50,541 bases of DNA, from NCBI GenBank assembly GCA_040219255.1, contig JAVJSW010000064.1:1-50541 (forward strand). Reading direction: 5' to 3'. Both the position numbers and the translations under genes were made by a program. The notes under the pieces were generated by a model that was not told the origin of the DNA, did not search any database, and was given only the letters and a program-made list of their open reading frames with translations. The stretch is from Sumerlaeia bacterium. GTDB taxonomy: Bacteria; Sumerlaeota; Sumerlaeia; SLMS01; JAHLLQ01. Shown here in pieces: positions 1 through 10,820 of this stretch (its first letter is position 1; every line of letters starts with the position of its first letter).

Positions 1-1120
<1,120 letters not shown>

Positions 1121-1135
1121 GCAAAGCGGGGGAAA

Positions 1136-1166
1136 GCTTGACGAGAGGAGCGGCGGCTCGTCAAGC
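1136..1166 (-). promoter_or_regulatory. Perfect 10-bp hairpin between rsmB and the tRNA; possible weak terminator, contains a TTGACG -35-like hexamer
   Basis: GCTTGACGAG-N11-CTCGTCAAGC, followed by TT on the minus strand. Confidence 0.35.
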
Positions 1167-1177
1167 GCTAGGGTGGA

Positions 1178-3790
1178 TTACTGCTCGGCCTCGGCGTTTT
1201 CCGATTCCTCCATCGATTCGCCGACGGGGTCTTTCGATCCCGTGTCGGGTTTGCGTTCGAGGACGGAGAGGAAGAAGCCGTCGCAGCCGTGGTGGTGGGG
1301 CCAGAGTTGCAAGTCGCCTTCCGGCGTGAGCATCTGGCGCGTCACGGTCTCACCGCGCTCGAAGGGCACCCGGCGGAACTCCTTGCCGTCGGAGGACTTG
1401 AGGAACGTTTCGATGCGTTCGCCGTTTTCCGCGTGCAGGAGGCTGCACGTGGCGTAGGCGAGGCGGCCACCGGGGCGGACCCAGAGACTCCAGCGCTTGA
1501 GCAGGTCGAGTTGCAGGGCGTTTTTCTGCGAAATATCTTCGGGCAGAGTGCGCCACTTGTTGCCAGGGCTGCGGCGCAGCGTTCCCGTGCCGGTGCAGGG
1601 GACGTCGAGGAGCACGAGGTCGGCCTCCCGGCCGTCTGGGCTGGTGTCCGTATCCAGGTCTTCGATCATGCCGTGGATGCCGGCGCGGCGGGCGCGTTCG
1701 TGCAGGTTCTTGCGGCTGAAGTGGCGGGGCTCGTAGACGTAGAGTTTGCCTTTTCCGTCCATTTTGGCGGCGAGGTGCAGCGTCTTGCCGCCGCCCCCGG
1801 CGCAGGCGTCGATGACGGTGGAGCCGGGAGCGGGGGCCAGCAGCTCGGCGACGAACTGGGTGCTTTCGTCCTGGAATTCCACCACGCCATCCTCGTAGCC
1901 GGGCAGGCGTCCACGGCCGACGCGGTCGGCCAGAAGCAGGGCGTTGGGCATGAGGCGGCCGCGCTCGAATTCCAGACCCGCCTCGGTCAGGGCCTCGGCG
2001 TATTCGTCCACGGTGGCCTTGAGCGTATTTACCCGCAGACCGGTACGGGCCGGTTGGTTGAGGGTCGCGCCAAGGTCGTCGAGTTCCTTGGGCGGCAGGC
2101 CATAGCCGAGAAGTGCCCAGAGCCAATCGGGGAAGGAGTGCTTCCTGGCGAGGCCACTGGGGCGGAAATCCTCGCGCAGGCGGCGGGAGGTTTCGACGAT
2201 GCGGCGCACCGTGCCCTCGGCCCATTCGCCTGTGAAGCGGGGATGATCCGGCATGGGCCAGAGTTCGGCGTATTCTTCCAGGAGGCCGCGCGCCAGGATG
2301 GCTCCCGGTTCCAGGTCCTCCATCGCCAGGGCGCACCGCATTCCATCGACCCACAGGTCCTCGTAGGAGGGTGTATGGGGCGGGTCTCCGGGGCGGGCCC
2401 ATACGCGATCATTGGGCGATTCGTAGATCGGGAAACCGGAGGCTCGGTGGACGCTGTGCAGAAATTCGTCGGCCGAGTCCTCAAGCCCCGTGCGGATGGC
2501 TTCGTCGTAGCGGCGCAGATAGCGGATCGCCTGGAAATAGCAGTCGGCCACCATGCGGCGGTCCTGCGAACCGAGGAATTCGCGGTCGCGGAAGAACTGC
2601 GACGCCACCCGGTCCGGTGGTGCCATTTCGTGACGCCAGGTGGAAAGCAGATCCGACGCGAGTTGCGTGCGATAGCGCAAGCGCCGGTCGATATGCGGCG
2701 GCAGTTCCAGCTCTTCGTCGCGGGGGCGCAGTTCCGTCAGGCGCTTGGTGCGCTCTGGTCGGGGCTTGCGTTCGGCGAATGGCGGCCGTTCGCCCCGGTC
2801 GTCGAACTTCTTGCGGAAGGGACGGTCGCCCCGGCCTTCGAAGTCGCGCCGGGGAGGACGCTCGCCACCGGGGCCGCTCTTGCGGAAGGGTCGCTCTCCC
2901 CCGCCGCCACCGCCACGGTCGAACTCGCGGCGCGGCGGGCGATCGCTGCCTTCGCCTTGGGGGCGGTCTTTCCAGTGGGGGCGATCCCCACGGGGCTTGT
3001 CGAAATCGCGGCGGGGCGGGCGATCCGAACCCTCGCCCTGCGGGCGGTCTTTCCAATGGGGCCGGTCACCCCGGTCCTTGTTGAAGTCACGGCGCGGCGG
3101 GCGGTCGCTGCCCTCGCCCTGGGGGCGGTCTTTCCAGTGCGGGCGATCCCCACGGGGTTTATCGAAATCGCGGCGCGGCGGACGATCCGAGCCCTCGCGG
3201 TCGCCACGGTCTTTCCAGTGGGGCCGGTCACCCCGGTCCTTGTTGAAGTCGCGGCGCGGCGGGCGGTCGCTGCCTTCGCCCTGGGGACGGTCTTTCCAGT
3301 GGGGGCGGTCCCCGCGGGGCTTGTCGAAATCGCGGCGGGGCGGACGATCCGAGCCCTCGCGGTCGCCACGGTCTTTCCAGTGGGGCCGGTCACCCCGGTC
3401 CTTGTTGAAGTCGCGGCGCGGCGGGCGGTCGCTGCCCTCGCCCTGGGGGCGGTCTTTCCAGTGGGGACGATCCCCGCGGGGTTTGTCGAAATCGCGGCGG
3501 GGCGGACGATCCGAGCCTTCCCGGTCGCCACGGTCTTTCCAGTGGGGCCGGTCGCCGCCCTTCTGATAGGGGCGCTGCTCGCGGTCGCCGCCGGGGCCGG
3601 AGGGGCGCTTCTTCCAAGGCCTGTCTCCGCCGCCGCGGAAGGGGCCGCCTTCCTTGGGGAAGTTGTGGCGGGGCGGGCCGCCGGGGTGGCCTTCGCGCCG
3701 GGGGCGGGGGGCATCCCCCTCTTTCCAGGGCGAGGACTCGGGCGATGATTTGGGATTTTCTTCAGAGGGTTTCTCGGGGGACTCGGACAC
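1178..3790 (-). CDS. RsmB/NOP2/Sun-family SAM-dependent RNA m5C methyltransferase with long repetitive N-terminal extension
   Basis: RVNTLK, FQDESTQ, DACAGGGGKT (SAM binding), DVPCTGTG (motif IV), YATCS (motif VI), DGFF. Confidence 0.92.
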   Translation of the reverse strand: MSESPEKPSEENPKSSPESSPWKEGDAPRPRREGHPGGPPRHNFPKEGGPFRGGGDRPWKKRPSGPGGDREQRPYQKGGDRPHWKDRGDREGSDRPPRRDFDKPRGDRPHWKDRPQGEGSDRPPRRDFNKDRGDRPHWKDRGDREGSDRPPRRDFDKPRGDRPHWKDRPQGEGSDRPPRRDFNKDRGDRPHWKDRGDREGSDRPPRRDFDKPRGDRPHWKDRPQGEGSDRPPRRDFNKDRGDRPHWKDRPQGEGSDRPPRRDFDKPRGDRPHWKDRPQGEGSDRPPRREFDRGGGGGGERPFRKSGPGGERPPRRDFEGRGDRPFRKKFDDRGERPPFAERKPRPERTKRLTELRPRDEELELPPHIDRRLRYRTQLASDLLSTWRHEMAPPDRVASQFFRDREFLGSQDRRMVADCYFQAIRYLRRYDEAIRTGLEDSADEFLHSVHRASGFPIYESPNDRVWARPGDPPHTPSYEDLWVDGMRCALAMEDLEPGAILARGLLEEYAELWPMPDHPRFTGEWAEGTVRRIVETSRRLREDFRPSGLARKHSFPDWLWALLGYGLPPKELDDLGATLNQPARTGLRVNTLKATVDEYAEALTEAGLEFERGRLMPNALLLADRVGRGRLPGYEDGVVEFQDESTQFVAELLAPAPGSTVIDACAGGGGKTLHLAAKMDGKGKLYVYEPRHFSRKNLHERARRAGIHGMIEDLDTDTSPDGREADLVLLDVPCTGTGTLRRSPGNKWRTLPEDISQKNALQLDLLKRWSLWVRPGGRLAYATCSLLHAENGERIETFLKSSDGKEFRRVPFERGETVTRQMLTPEGDLQLWPHHHGCDGFFLSVLERKPDTGSKDPVGESMEESENAEAEQ
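2909..3556 (-). repeat. Intragenic tandem repeat, 8 x 81 bp (27 aa), with 162-bp higher-order alternation
   Basis: GDRPHWKDR(GDRE/PQGE)GSDRPPRRDF(DKPR/NKDR) units; identical stretches at 3181 and 3343. Confidence 0.95.
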
Positions 3791-3976
3791 GATATACGAC
3801 TGACACCTTAGGAGTTAGGAGCGGTTTCCCGCCAGGCACCGCCACAAAGACGGCAAAACGGGGCCAAAAGCAACGAGCAATGCGCGAAAATCGCACCAGG
3901 GGCCGTCTCGCGACCGCGTTGGCACGAGAGCGGCTCCCGCCCTTTTCAGACCCATCCCCAACTGGAGACTGAACCA

Positions 3977-4705
3977 ATGCCGAAGTTTGCTGTGATTCTT
4001 GCCGCCGCGTTCCTGACGAACGCCGCCGCCAGCGCCTTTGCGGTCAGCAAGGACGACCTGATCGCCGCCCATGGCGCCGATGAATGGGAGGATGTGAAGA
4101 GCGTCGCGTTTACCTTTCATGTCGAAAAGCCGGGCCTTTCCGTCGAGCGGACGTGGGAATGGAACGTCGCCGAAGACACCGTGACCCTGACCGAGACGGG
4201 CGAGGGAGGCGTGGCAACCGAGACGAAGTATTCCAGAGACCCGTCCGTTTGTCCCCTCTTACGGAGCAAAAGCGACAAGAAAGACAAAATAGACAAAACG
4301 CACGAAACAGACTTACGGAGCAAAACAGACAAAAAATTCATCAACGACAGCTTCTGGCTGCTGTGGCCCGTACACCTGATGTGGTCCGAGGACGTGGAAG
4401 TGACCGACGAGGGCGTCGGCACGGACCCCATCTCGGGCGAGGAGCGCACCCGCGTCCGCATCGCCTATCCAGACACGGAAGACGCGGGCTACACGCCGGG
4501 CGATCATTATGTGCTGTATGTCGACGAGACGAACAAGCCGACGGCCTGGGAGTACTTTCCCGGCGGCCAGGCCACAGCGGCCCTGACGACGACCTGGGAG
4601 GAATACCAGGAGTTCGGCCCCCTGACCCTCAGCACAGAGCACGAAGGGCCGGAGGGGCGGTTTCGGCTGTGGTTCAGCGATGTGGTGGTCGAGACGGGGG
4701 AATGA
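3977..4705 (+). CDS. Secreted hypothetical protein
   Basis: GGAG RBS, signal peptide (…AASAFA), conserved-looking FINDSFWLLWP and GYTPGDHY segments. Confidence 0.8.
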   Translation: MPKFAVILAAAFLTNAAASAFAVSKDDLIAAHGADEWEDVKSVAFTFHVEKPGLSVERTWEWNVAEDTVTLTETGEGGVATETKYSRDPSVCPLLRSKSDKKDKIDKTHETDLRSKTDKKFINDSFWLLWPVHLMWSEDVEVTDEGVGTDPISGEERTRVRIAYPDTEDAGYTPGDHYVLYVDETNKPTAWEYFPGGQATAALTTTWEEYQEFGPLTLSTEHEGPEGRFRLWFSDVVVETGE

Positions 4706-4881
4706 GGAATTTGGAACCGCGGATGAACGCGGAGGGACGCGGATTGGGGGAGGATCAATCCTTCCAAGACAGGGCTAACTCATGAAAGTTCAGCGTGCTG
4801 TAACGAGTGCGCAACACAACGCCGATCGTTTCTCGGCGTCCTGTGCGTCTCTGCGATGAATTGATTTCCATGATCTAGGAA

Positions 4882-6405
4882 TCATTCCGTGCGGATCCAC
4901 ACGCTCTTGATTTCGGTGTAGTTGTCCAGGGCGTACTTGCCCATTTCGCGGCCGTTGCCGCTTTGCTTATAGCCGCCGAAGGGCGAGGCGGCGTCGAACA
5001 TGTTGTAGCAGTTCACCCAGACGCTGCCGGCGCGGATGGCTTCGGCGGTGCGGTGGGCTTTGCCGACATCGTTGGTGTAGATGCCGGCGGCGAGGCCGTA
5101 TTCCGAGTTGTTCGCTTCTTTGGCCAGTTGGTCCAGATCGCTGAAGGGCATGGCGGCGACGACAGGGCCGAAGATTTCCTCGCGGATGATCTTCATGTTG
5201 CTGTTCACCTTGTCGAAGACGGTCGGCTTGCAGAAGTAGCCTTTCGACAGGTTGCCGTTGGGGCGATCGCCTCCGGTGCGGACGGCGGCGCCTTCGGCCT
5301 TGCCCGCGTCGATATAGCCGAGCACGCGGTCGAGCTGCTCTTTGCTGACCAGCGGCCCCATCTGGGTGTCTTCCGCCATGCCGGGGCCGAGCTTGATGCT
5401 CTCGCCGATGGCGGCGACGCGTTCGACCAATTCGTCGTAAACTTTGTCTTCCACGAAGAGCCGGCTGCCGGCGCAGCAGCACTGGCCGTGGTTGAAGAAA
5501 ATGGCGCTGGCGGCTCCTTGGGCGGCGATTTCCAGATCGGCGTCGGCAAAGACCACGTTGGGGCTCTTGCCGCCGAGTTCGAGGGTGACGCGCTTGAGGT
5601 TTCCGGCGCTGGCCTGGACGATTTTCTTGCCGACTTCGGTGGAGCCGGTGAAGGCCACCTTGTCCACGTCCGGGTGCTCGGCCAGACGCGCGCCCGCGTC
5701 GCCGAAGCCCGGGATCACGTTCAGCGTCCCCGCCGGAAAGCCAACCTCGGCCACCAGCTCGGCGAGCTTCATGGCCGACAGGGGCGTTTGCTCGGCCGGT
5801 TTCAGCACGATGGAGCAACCGCAGGCGAGCGCCGCGCCAAGCTTCCAGGCCGCCATGAGCAGCGGGAAGTTCCAAGGGATAATCTGGCCGACGACGCCGA
5901 TGGGCTCGCGCAGGGCGTAATTCAGGAAGCGCTGGCCGGGGGCGTAGGGCGGCGAGACGGGGATGACTTCACCGGTGATTTTGTCGGCCCAGCCGGCGTA
6001 GTAGCGGAAGTGCTCGATGGCCAGCGGGATGTCCGCCGCGCGGGCCACGGCGATGGGCTTGCCGTTGTCGAGGGACTCGAGCTGGGCGAAGACCTCCAGG
6101 TTGTCCTCGATGGCGTCGGCCAGCTTGTACATCAGCTTGCCGCGCTCGTGGACGCTCAAGCGGTGGTAGGCGCCCGATTCGAAGTTGGCGCGGGCGGCCT
6201 TCACGGCGCGGTCGATGTCTTCCTTCGCCCCGCGGCTGACGGTGGCCAGGATCGATTCGTCGGCGGGGTTGAGGACCTCGAAGGTCTCACCGCTGGCCGA
6301 CGGCACGAACTCGTTGTCGATGAACAATTTGATGGGAGATTGGCTGAGGAAAGCGTCCACCTTGGGGTGGCGCTGAACAAGGCTGGGCGGTGCGGCGGTG
6401 GTCAT
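4882..6405 (-). CDS. NAD-dependent aldehyde dehydrogenase (ALDH family 1/2-like)
   Basis: IIPWNFP, FTGSTEVG, LELGGKSP, GQCCCAGSR, EEIFGPV, PFGGYKQSG; AGAGG RBS before ATG at 6405. Confidence 0.95.
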   Translation of the reverse strand: MTTAAPPSLVQRHPKVDAFLSQSPIKLFIDNEFVPSASGETFEVLNPADESILATVSRGAKEDIDRAVKAARANFESGAYHRLSVHERGKLMYKLADAIEDNLEVFAQLESLDNGKPIAVARAADIPLAIEHFRYYAGWADKITGEVIPVSPPYAPGQRFLNYALREPIGVVGQIIPWNFPLLMAAWKLGAALACGCSIVLKPAEQTPLSAMKLAELVAEVGFPAGTLNVIPGFGDAGARLAEHPDVDKVAFTGSTEVGKKIVQASAGNLKRVTLELGGKSPNVVFADADLEIAAQGAASAIFFNHGQCCCAGSRLFVEDKVYDELVERVAAIGESIKLGPGMAEDTQMGPLVSKEQLDRVLGYIDAGKAEGAAVRTGGDRPNGNLSKGYFCKPTVFDKVNSNMKIIREEIFGPVVAAMPFSDLDQLAKEANNSEYGLAAGIYTNDVGKAHRTAEAIRAGSVWVNCYNMFDAASPFGGYKQSGNGREMGKYALDNYTEIKSVWIRTE

Positions 6406-6636
6406 GGATAAGAGGCCTCTCGTGTCAGGTGCGGGGAGATGGGAATAGCGGAGCCAGCCCATCCCCGATGTAAATCGTCCGATGAACAGGCGGTTAAGCG
6501 CTTCATCGCACCTCGTGTCAAGGAGAACGGGTTTTCACGCCTGAGGCGCCGCGGTTGGAAGACTCAACCCCAGCGACCCCCGAGGACCGAGATTATGGGG
6601 GAGATTTGAGAAGGAATGGCCTGCGAAGCGTTGGCG

Positions 6637-8097
6637 TCAGGCGGGAACTGGCGCCGGCCGCATCAGCAACTCCAGCACGTCGGCGGCGGTGTAGTTCATC
6701 AGCTTGTCCTTCATGATGGTGCCGAGGCGGAGAAAGTCCTCGCCGGCGGTCAGCATGGGCTTTTCGACGATGCCGTCCGCACGCGATTGCCCCAGGCCGA
6801 TGTTGGCGATCAGCGCGTTGCAGAGGCACTTGCGGCCCTCCGTGTCGGCGGGGTCGCCCCCCTTGGCGGCGTAGGCGTCGACCGGCTCGGCGGGGCAGCG
6901 ATAGACCAGGCGTCCGTCGGGCCGGCGGGCCAGAGCCCGCAGATAGCCCGCGTCGCAGAGGCGTCTGCGGCCAACGTACTCCTCGTCATCGGAGAGCGAA
7001 CCGGGAACGGCGACAACCTTGAAGGGGAAGCCGGTGGGCGAAGCGAGGGGATCGGTGAAGACATCGGCCTGGCCGGATTGGAGGGAGGCGAGGGCCTGGA
7101 GCCGCAGATCGGGATCGAGGCCCGACTCGGAGCAGAAGGCGAAGAGCGTTCCGACCTGCACGCCCGCGGCGCCGAGCGCTTGGGCCTGGGCCACGGAGCC
7201 CTCGTAGCCCTGGCGCCCGGCCAGCCAGAAGGGCAGGCCGAGGGCGCTCATTTTCTCCAGGTCCGTTTCGTCGCGGGGGCCGTAAATTGGCTCGCCCCGG
7301 TCGTTGTTCTGGGCGGCGCCGCGCGGGGGCGCGTTATGGCCACCGGCGGTGAAGTGCTCGACGATGAAGCCCTGGATGGCGCCGGTGGCGCGTTTGAGGA
7401 GAGCCTGGGCCAGGGTGGCCGAGGAGACGATGGCGAGGAAGGACGGGCGTTTGAGGGGAGCGTCCGGGACCTGAACCACCTCCTTGGGATCGAAGGGGAC
7501 GTCGACGGGCGGTTCGCCCCGTCCACCCGCCACGGCAACGGTTTGGGAGACGGCGCGGTGGGTGCTCAGGTTGTCGAGAATCCCCGGAACCTGCCAGGGA
7601 ATTCCGGCCCCCATCAGCACATAATCCACACCCGCGAGCATGGCGCCGTAGAGAATGGCTGGGTTTGGCAGGGCGATTTTCTCGAGCAGGTTGATGCCGA
7701 CCGGGCCATTGTGCCGTTCTTTGGCGCACCAGACTTCCGCGAACGCGGCGAGCACGGAAACGGCTTGGAACTTGGCCAGCATCCCAATCGTATGGGACGG
7801 GAAGGAACGAAAGGGTTGGTCGGGCGATTTGCCCCCGGGTACGTAGTAACGGCGCAGGGCGCACTCGGCCACGGACGGGTCGGGAAAGGCTTCGCAGGCC
7901 CGGCGCATGGCGCCGTCCTGATCGCCCTGCTGTAAACGGCGCACCATCACCTGATCCAAAGCCGTACCGGAAACCACGCCCAGCATGCCTTTGCGCGCTA
8001 CGGCGCTGGCAAGGCGCCAACCGGAGACGCCGACCCCCATACCTCCCTGAATGACGGAGGGCAGGTGCCCCCCTGAACTGTTTTGCGCCTGATTCAT
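6637..8097 (-). CDS. Nitronate monooxygenase / 2-nitropropane dioxygenase-like flavoprotein
   Basis: IQGGMGVGVS, MGAGIP, AGGHN, GVQVGTLF, SPTGFPFKV; Cys-rich C-terminus (CDAGYL…CPAEP…CLCNAL). Confidence 0.88.
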   Translation of the reverse strand: MNQAQNSSGGHLPSVIQGGMGVGVSGWRLASAVARKGMLGVVSGTALDQVMVRRLQQGDQDGAMRRACEAFPDPSVAECALRRYYVPGGKSPDQPFRSFPSHTIGMLAKFQAVSVLAAFAEVWCAKERHNGPVGINLLEKIALPNPAILYGAMLAGVDYVLMGAGIPWQVPGILDNLSTHRAVSQTVAVAGGRGEPPVDVPFDPKEVVQVPDAPLKRPSFLAIVSSATLAQALLKRATGAIQGFIVEHFTAGGHNAPPRGAAQNNDRGEPIYGPRDETDLEKMSALGLPFWLAGRQGYEGSVAQAQALGAAGVQVGTLFAFCSESGLDPDLRLQALASLQSGQADVFTDPLASPTGFPFKVVAVPGSLSDDEEYVGRRRLCDAGYLRALARRPDGRLVYRCPAEPVDAYAAKGGDPADTEGRKCLCNALIANIGLGQSRADGIVEKPMLTAGEDFLRLGTIMKDKLMNYTAADVLELLMRPAPVPA

Positions 8098-8191
8098 GTT
8101 CCAATGACCTTTCGAGTCCCGCGGCCCCATTGGAAGGAGCTCGGCGGGTAGGAGGAAAAACGGGATGGGGAAAATAGAGCAGGGAAGTTTC

Positions 8192-8671
8192 TCATCCCCG
8201 CGGGCAATAGGTGGCTTGACAGTTGGGCGTTTCCCAGACCGTGACCTGGGTCAGGCGGACGGAGGGCGGAAACGACTCGGGAAGGGCGGCGTCGAGGCGT
8301 TGAAAGCACCACTCGGCGAAGTTTTCAGCGGTCGGCGCCTGATCCAGAACGAGAAGCCTATAACTCTGACCTTCGAGGAATTCGCGCAGGGCCGTGTCGC
8401 CCTCCCACACCATGAAGGCGTGATCGACGACGTCGTGGATTTCCCGAAGCATCAGGCGCTTGAGATCGCCAAAGTCGGTCACCATGCCATCATCGCTGGA
8501 TCGATCGGCGCGAACGACCGGGCCTTCGAGGGTGGCCACGATGCGATAGCGATGACCGTGGACGTTGGCGCAGGCGGCCTTGTGAAAAGGAATCCGGTGC
8601 CCGATGTCGCACTGGATTTCACGCGAGACGGAGACCACCGGGCCTCGGCCGCCGCTTTCGGGTTCAGTCAT
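8192..8671 (-). CDS. queD: 6-carboxytetrahydropterin synthase (PTPS family)
   Basis: GHR…CANVHGHRY Zn/Cys motif, GMVTDF, DHAF, PTAENFA, WETP. Confidence 0.85.
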   Translation of the reverse strand: MTEPESGGRGPVVSVSREIQCDIGHRIPFHKAACANVHGHRYRIVATLEGPVVRADRSSDDGMVTDFGDLKRLMLREIHDVVDHAFMVWEGDTALREFLEGQSYRLLVLDQAPTAENFAEWCFQRLDAALPESFPPSVRLTQVTVWETPNCQATYCPRG

Positions 8672-9848
8672 GGGAAACTCCCGTCAAGATCGCGCCCTTA
8701 CGAGCGCAGAGGTATTGGATGGCGTGAAGGGCGGCCGCCACGTCGTCTTCCGTGTTCGAGAAGCCGACGCTGAGGCGCACCGTCCCGCTGGGAAAAGAGC
8801 CAATAGCTTGATGGGCGCCGGGTGCGCAATGGAGCCCGGGCCGGGCCTGAACCCGAAAATCGGCGTCCAGGCGCCGGGCGAATTCCTGGGGGCTCGAGCC
8901 GGACGGCACAAAGGAAACCACGCCGGCGTTCATCTCCGGCGCCCGCTGGCCCACGACGTGAATGTCGTCGATGGCGGCCAAGCCCTCAAGAAGTTGGCCG
9001 GTCAGACGCCTCTTGTGGCCTCGAACGGAGGAGAGGCCCACGTCTTCGAGGAAACCCACGCCCTCCAGCAATCCCGCCAGACCCGGCATGTTGTGCGACC
9101 CCGCCTCGTGCCGGTCCGGCCACTCGAGAGGCTGGGATTCCCGTTCGGAAAGGGAGCCGGTTCCTCCCTCGACAAAGGTGTCCAGTTCCAGACCCGGCCG
9201 GACCCAGAGGGCGCCGGTGCCCTGGGGGCCGAGGAGACCCTTGTGCCCCGGCACCGCGATCATATCCAGGGCCAGGCTCGCGTCCTCGACCGCCAGCGAA
9301 CCCGCCGATTGCGCCGCGTCCACCAGCACCGGCACCCCGTGGCCACGAGCCACCGCCGCGATGGCCGCCAAGGGCTGAATCGCCCCGGAAACGTTCGATG
9401 CCTGCTGCACCACGATCAACGCCGTGCGCGGCGTGATGGCTTTCCGCAGAGCGCCAGCGTCGATTTCTCCCGTCGAAAACGCGGGCAGACGAGAAATCGT
9501 GATCCCACGGCTTTCCACCAGAGCGTTGAGCGGCCGCAGGACGGAGTTGTGTTCGACGGCCGAAGTCACGACGTGATCGCCAGGCCGCAGCAGGCCCTTG
9601 AGCCCCAGGTTCAAAGCCGACGTCGCGTTCGACGTGAAAACCAGGCGCTCGGGATGATCCACTCCCAGAACACGACAGAGCGCCCGGCGGCATTCCAGCA
9701 GCACGCGGGCCGCCCCCGACGCCTCCTCGTAGGCGCCCCGCCCCGCGCTCGAACCGATCTCGCGCTGCCATTCCGCCACGCGGTCCAGCACGCGGTCCGG
9801 CTTGGGGAAACTGGTGGCGGCGTGGTCGAAGTAATGGCGGTGGCGCAT
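8664..9848 (-). CDS. Cysteine desulfurase family protein (PLP aminotransferase class V)
   Basis: YFDHAATSFPKP, EHNSVLRP, DAAQSAG, PGHKGLLGPQG (PLP Lys), RPGLHCA (catalytic Cys). The track's longer 5' extension is non-homologous. Confidence 0.92.
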   Translation of the reverse strand: MRHRHYFDHAATSFPKPDRVLDRVAEWQREIGSSAGRGAYEEASGAARVLLECRRALCRVLGVDHPERLVFTSNATSALNLGLKGLLRPGDHVVTSAVEHNSVLRPLNALVESRGITISRLPAFSTGEIDAGALRKAITPRTALIVVQQASNVSGAIQPLAAIAAVARGHGVPVLVDAAQSAGSLAVEDASLALDMIAVPGHKGLLGPQGTGALWVRPGLELDTFVEGGTGSLSERESQPLEWPDRHEAGSHNMPGLAGLLEGVGFLEDVGLSSVRGHKRRLTGQLLEGLAAIDDIHVVGQRAPEMNAGVVSFVPSGSSPQEFARRLDADFRVQARPGLHCAPGAHQAIGSFPSGTVRLSVGFSNTEDDVAAALHAIQYLCARKGAILTGVSHD

Positions 9849-10066
9849 CCGTGGCGGGATCATCAGGAGACCGCTCCTACAGAGACACAATAACAGACAA
9901 GCATAGACCGAATTATCCAATTTTCGGGCACAAGAAGAGCCCTTGATAACGCTCCCGAGGGCCGGGCTGGCTGGCCAACCGGGGAACCGTTCGGGATCAC
10001 TGAGGTCCATTAAAGCCCGATTCCCTTCGTGAGACAAGGGGAAAGGAACCGCGCACCGGACGCGGC

Positions 10067-10690
10067 TCATGCGAATACAACGCGAATGGCCGTTTGCCCG
10101 AGTTCCGCCAGGGCTTGACGGATCGCCGCCCGCGAGGCGTCTGGGTTGAGCGCCAGCAAATCGCTCCACGCGAATTCGCCTCCCTCGAAGGCCCTTTGAA
10201 TAAGGTTTGGCGGCAAGTCGGAATCGAAGTATTCCAGTGCCCAATGACGATAGTCTTGGGGGTCTCCGGTGACGTGGCGGAGCAGGAAGTTCCGCGCCGA
10301 CGGGACGGGTGGAATCCAGCGCCAGGGATCGTGGCTGGTCCGGCGCCAGCCGAAAAAGGTGAGTTCGTCCCAGGCGAAGGCCGGTTCGTCGAAGAAGGCC
10401 GAACCGGTCTCCGCGGGCAGTTCGGCTCGGGCGGCGGCCACTGCTTCCGGGGCGCCGTCGAGGCTGCCGGCTTCGGCGTCGTAGCCCTTGGCGAAGAGCC
10501 CCAGCGGCGTCCAGACCAGGAAGACTTGGCTCCCCTGGCCGTCGCGAAGGGAGGCCAGTTCCTGCTGCGGGGCCCAATGGGCGTTGTAGCTGACGTGGCG
10601 GATTTCCCATTCGGGCGAGAGGACCGCGTCGAGAAACGCCATCGCTTGCAGCGTGCGTCGGAGTTGGCTGGGGGAAAGGGAGGCGAACAT
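10067..10690 (-). CDS. Conserved hypothetical protein
   Basis: Globular-looking sequence (LDAVLSPEWEIRHVSYNAHW…LRDGQG…KGYDAE) with normal codon bias. Confidence 0.7.
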   Translation of the reverse strand: MFASLSPSQLRRTLQAMAFLDAVLSPEWEIRHVSYNAHWAPQQELASLRDGQGSQVFLVWTPLGLFAKGYDAEAGSLDGAPEAVAAARAELPAETGSAFFDEPAFAWDELTFFGWRRTSHDPWRWIPPVPSARNFLLRHVTGDPQDYRHWALEYFDSDLPPNLIQRAFEGGEFAWSDLLALNPDASRAAIRQALAELGQTAIRVVFA

Positions 10691-10820
10691 AACGCCCAAT
10701 GCTGTGCGCGGGGGTGATCGACGGTCAAGGCCTGCTGTGCGAAGATGAAAGGAGCCTGCGCGGGATCGCTTGCCGGCGGCGCGCGGGAGAGAAGGAGGCT
10801 CGGAGCGGTGGGGTCTTGGA

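Noticed and set aside
2909-3556. Repeat array as CRISPR
   Set aside because: In-frame coding repeats with no unique spacers and no cas genes.
1289-3748. Long antisense ORFs (also 33350-36532, 43768-46128, 4963-6411)
   Set aside because: Shadow ORFs of high-GC genes; no motifs.
8192-8671. 7-deazaguanine DNA-modification (Dpd) system
   Set aside because: No dpdA, queC, queE or folE nearby.
9870-10060. Riboswitch (preQ1/SAM) upstream of desulfurase-queD
   Set aside because: No recognisable consensus; an Infernal/Rfam search would be needed.
9849-10610. 5' extension of the cysteine desulfurase ORF as a fusion
   Set aside because: Overlaps another gene in a different frame; homology starts at ~9848.
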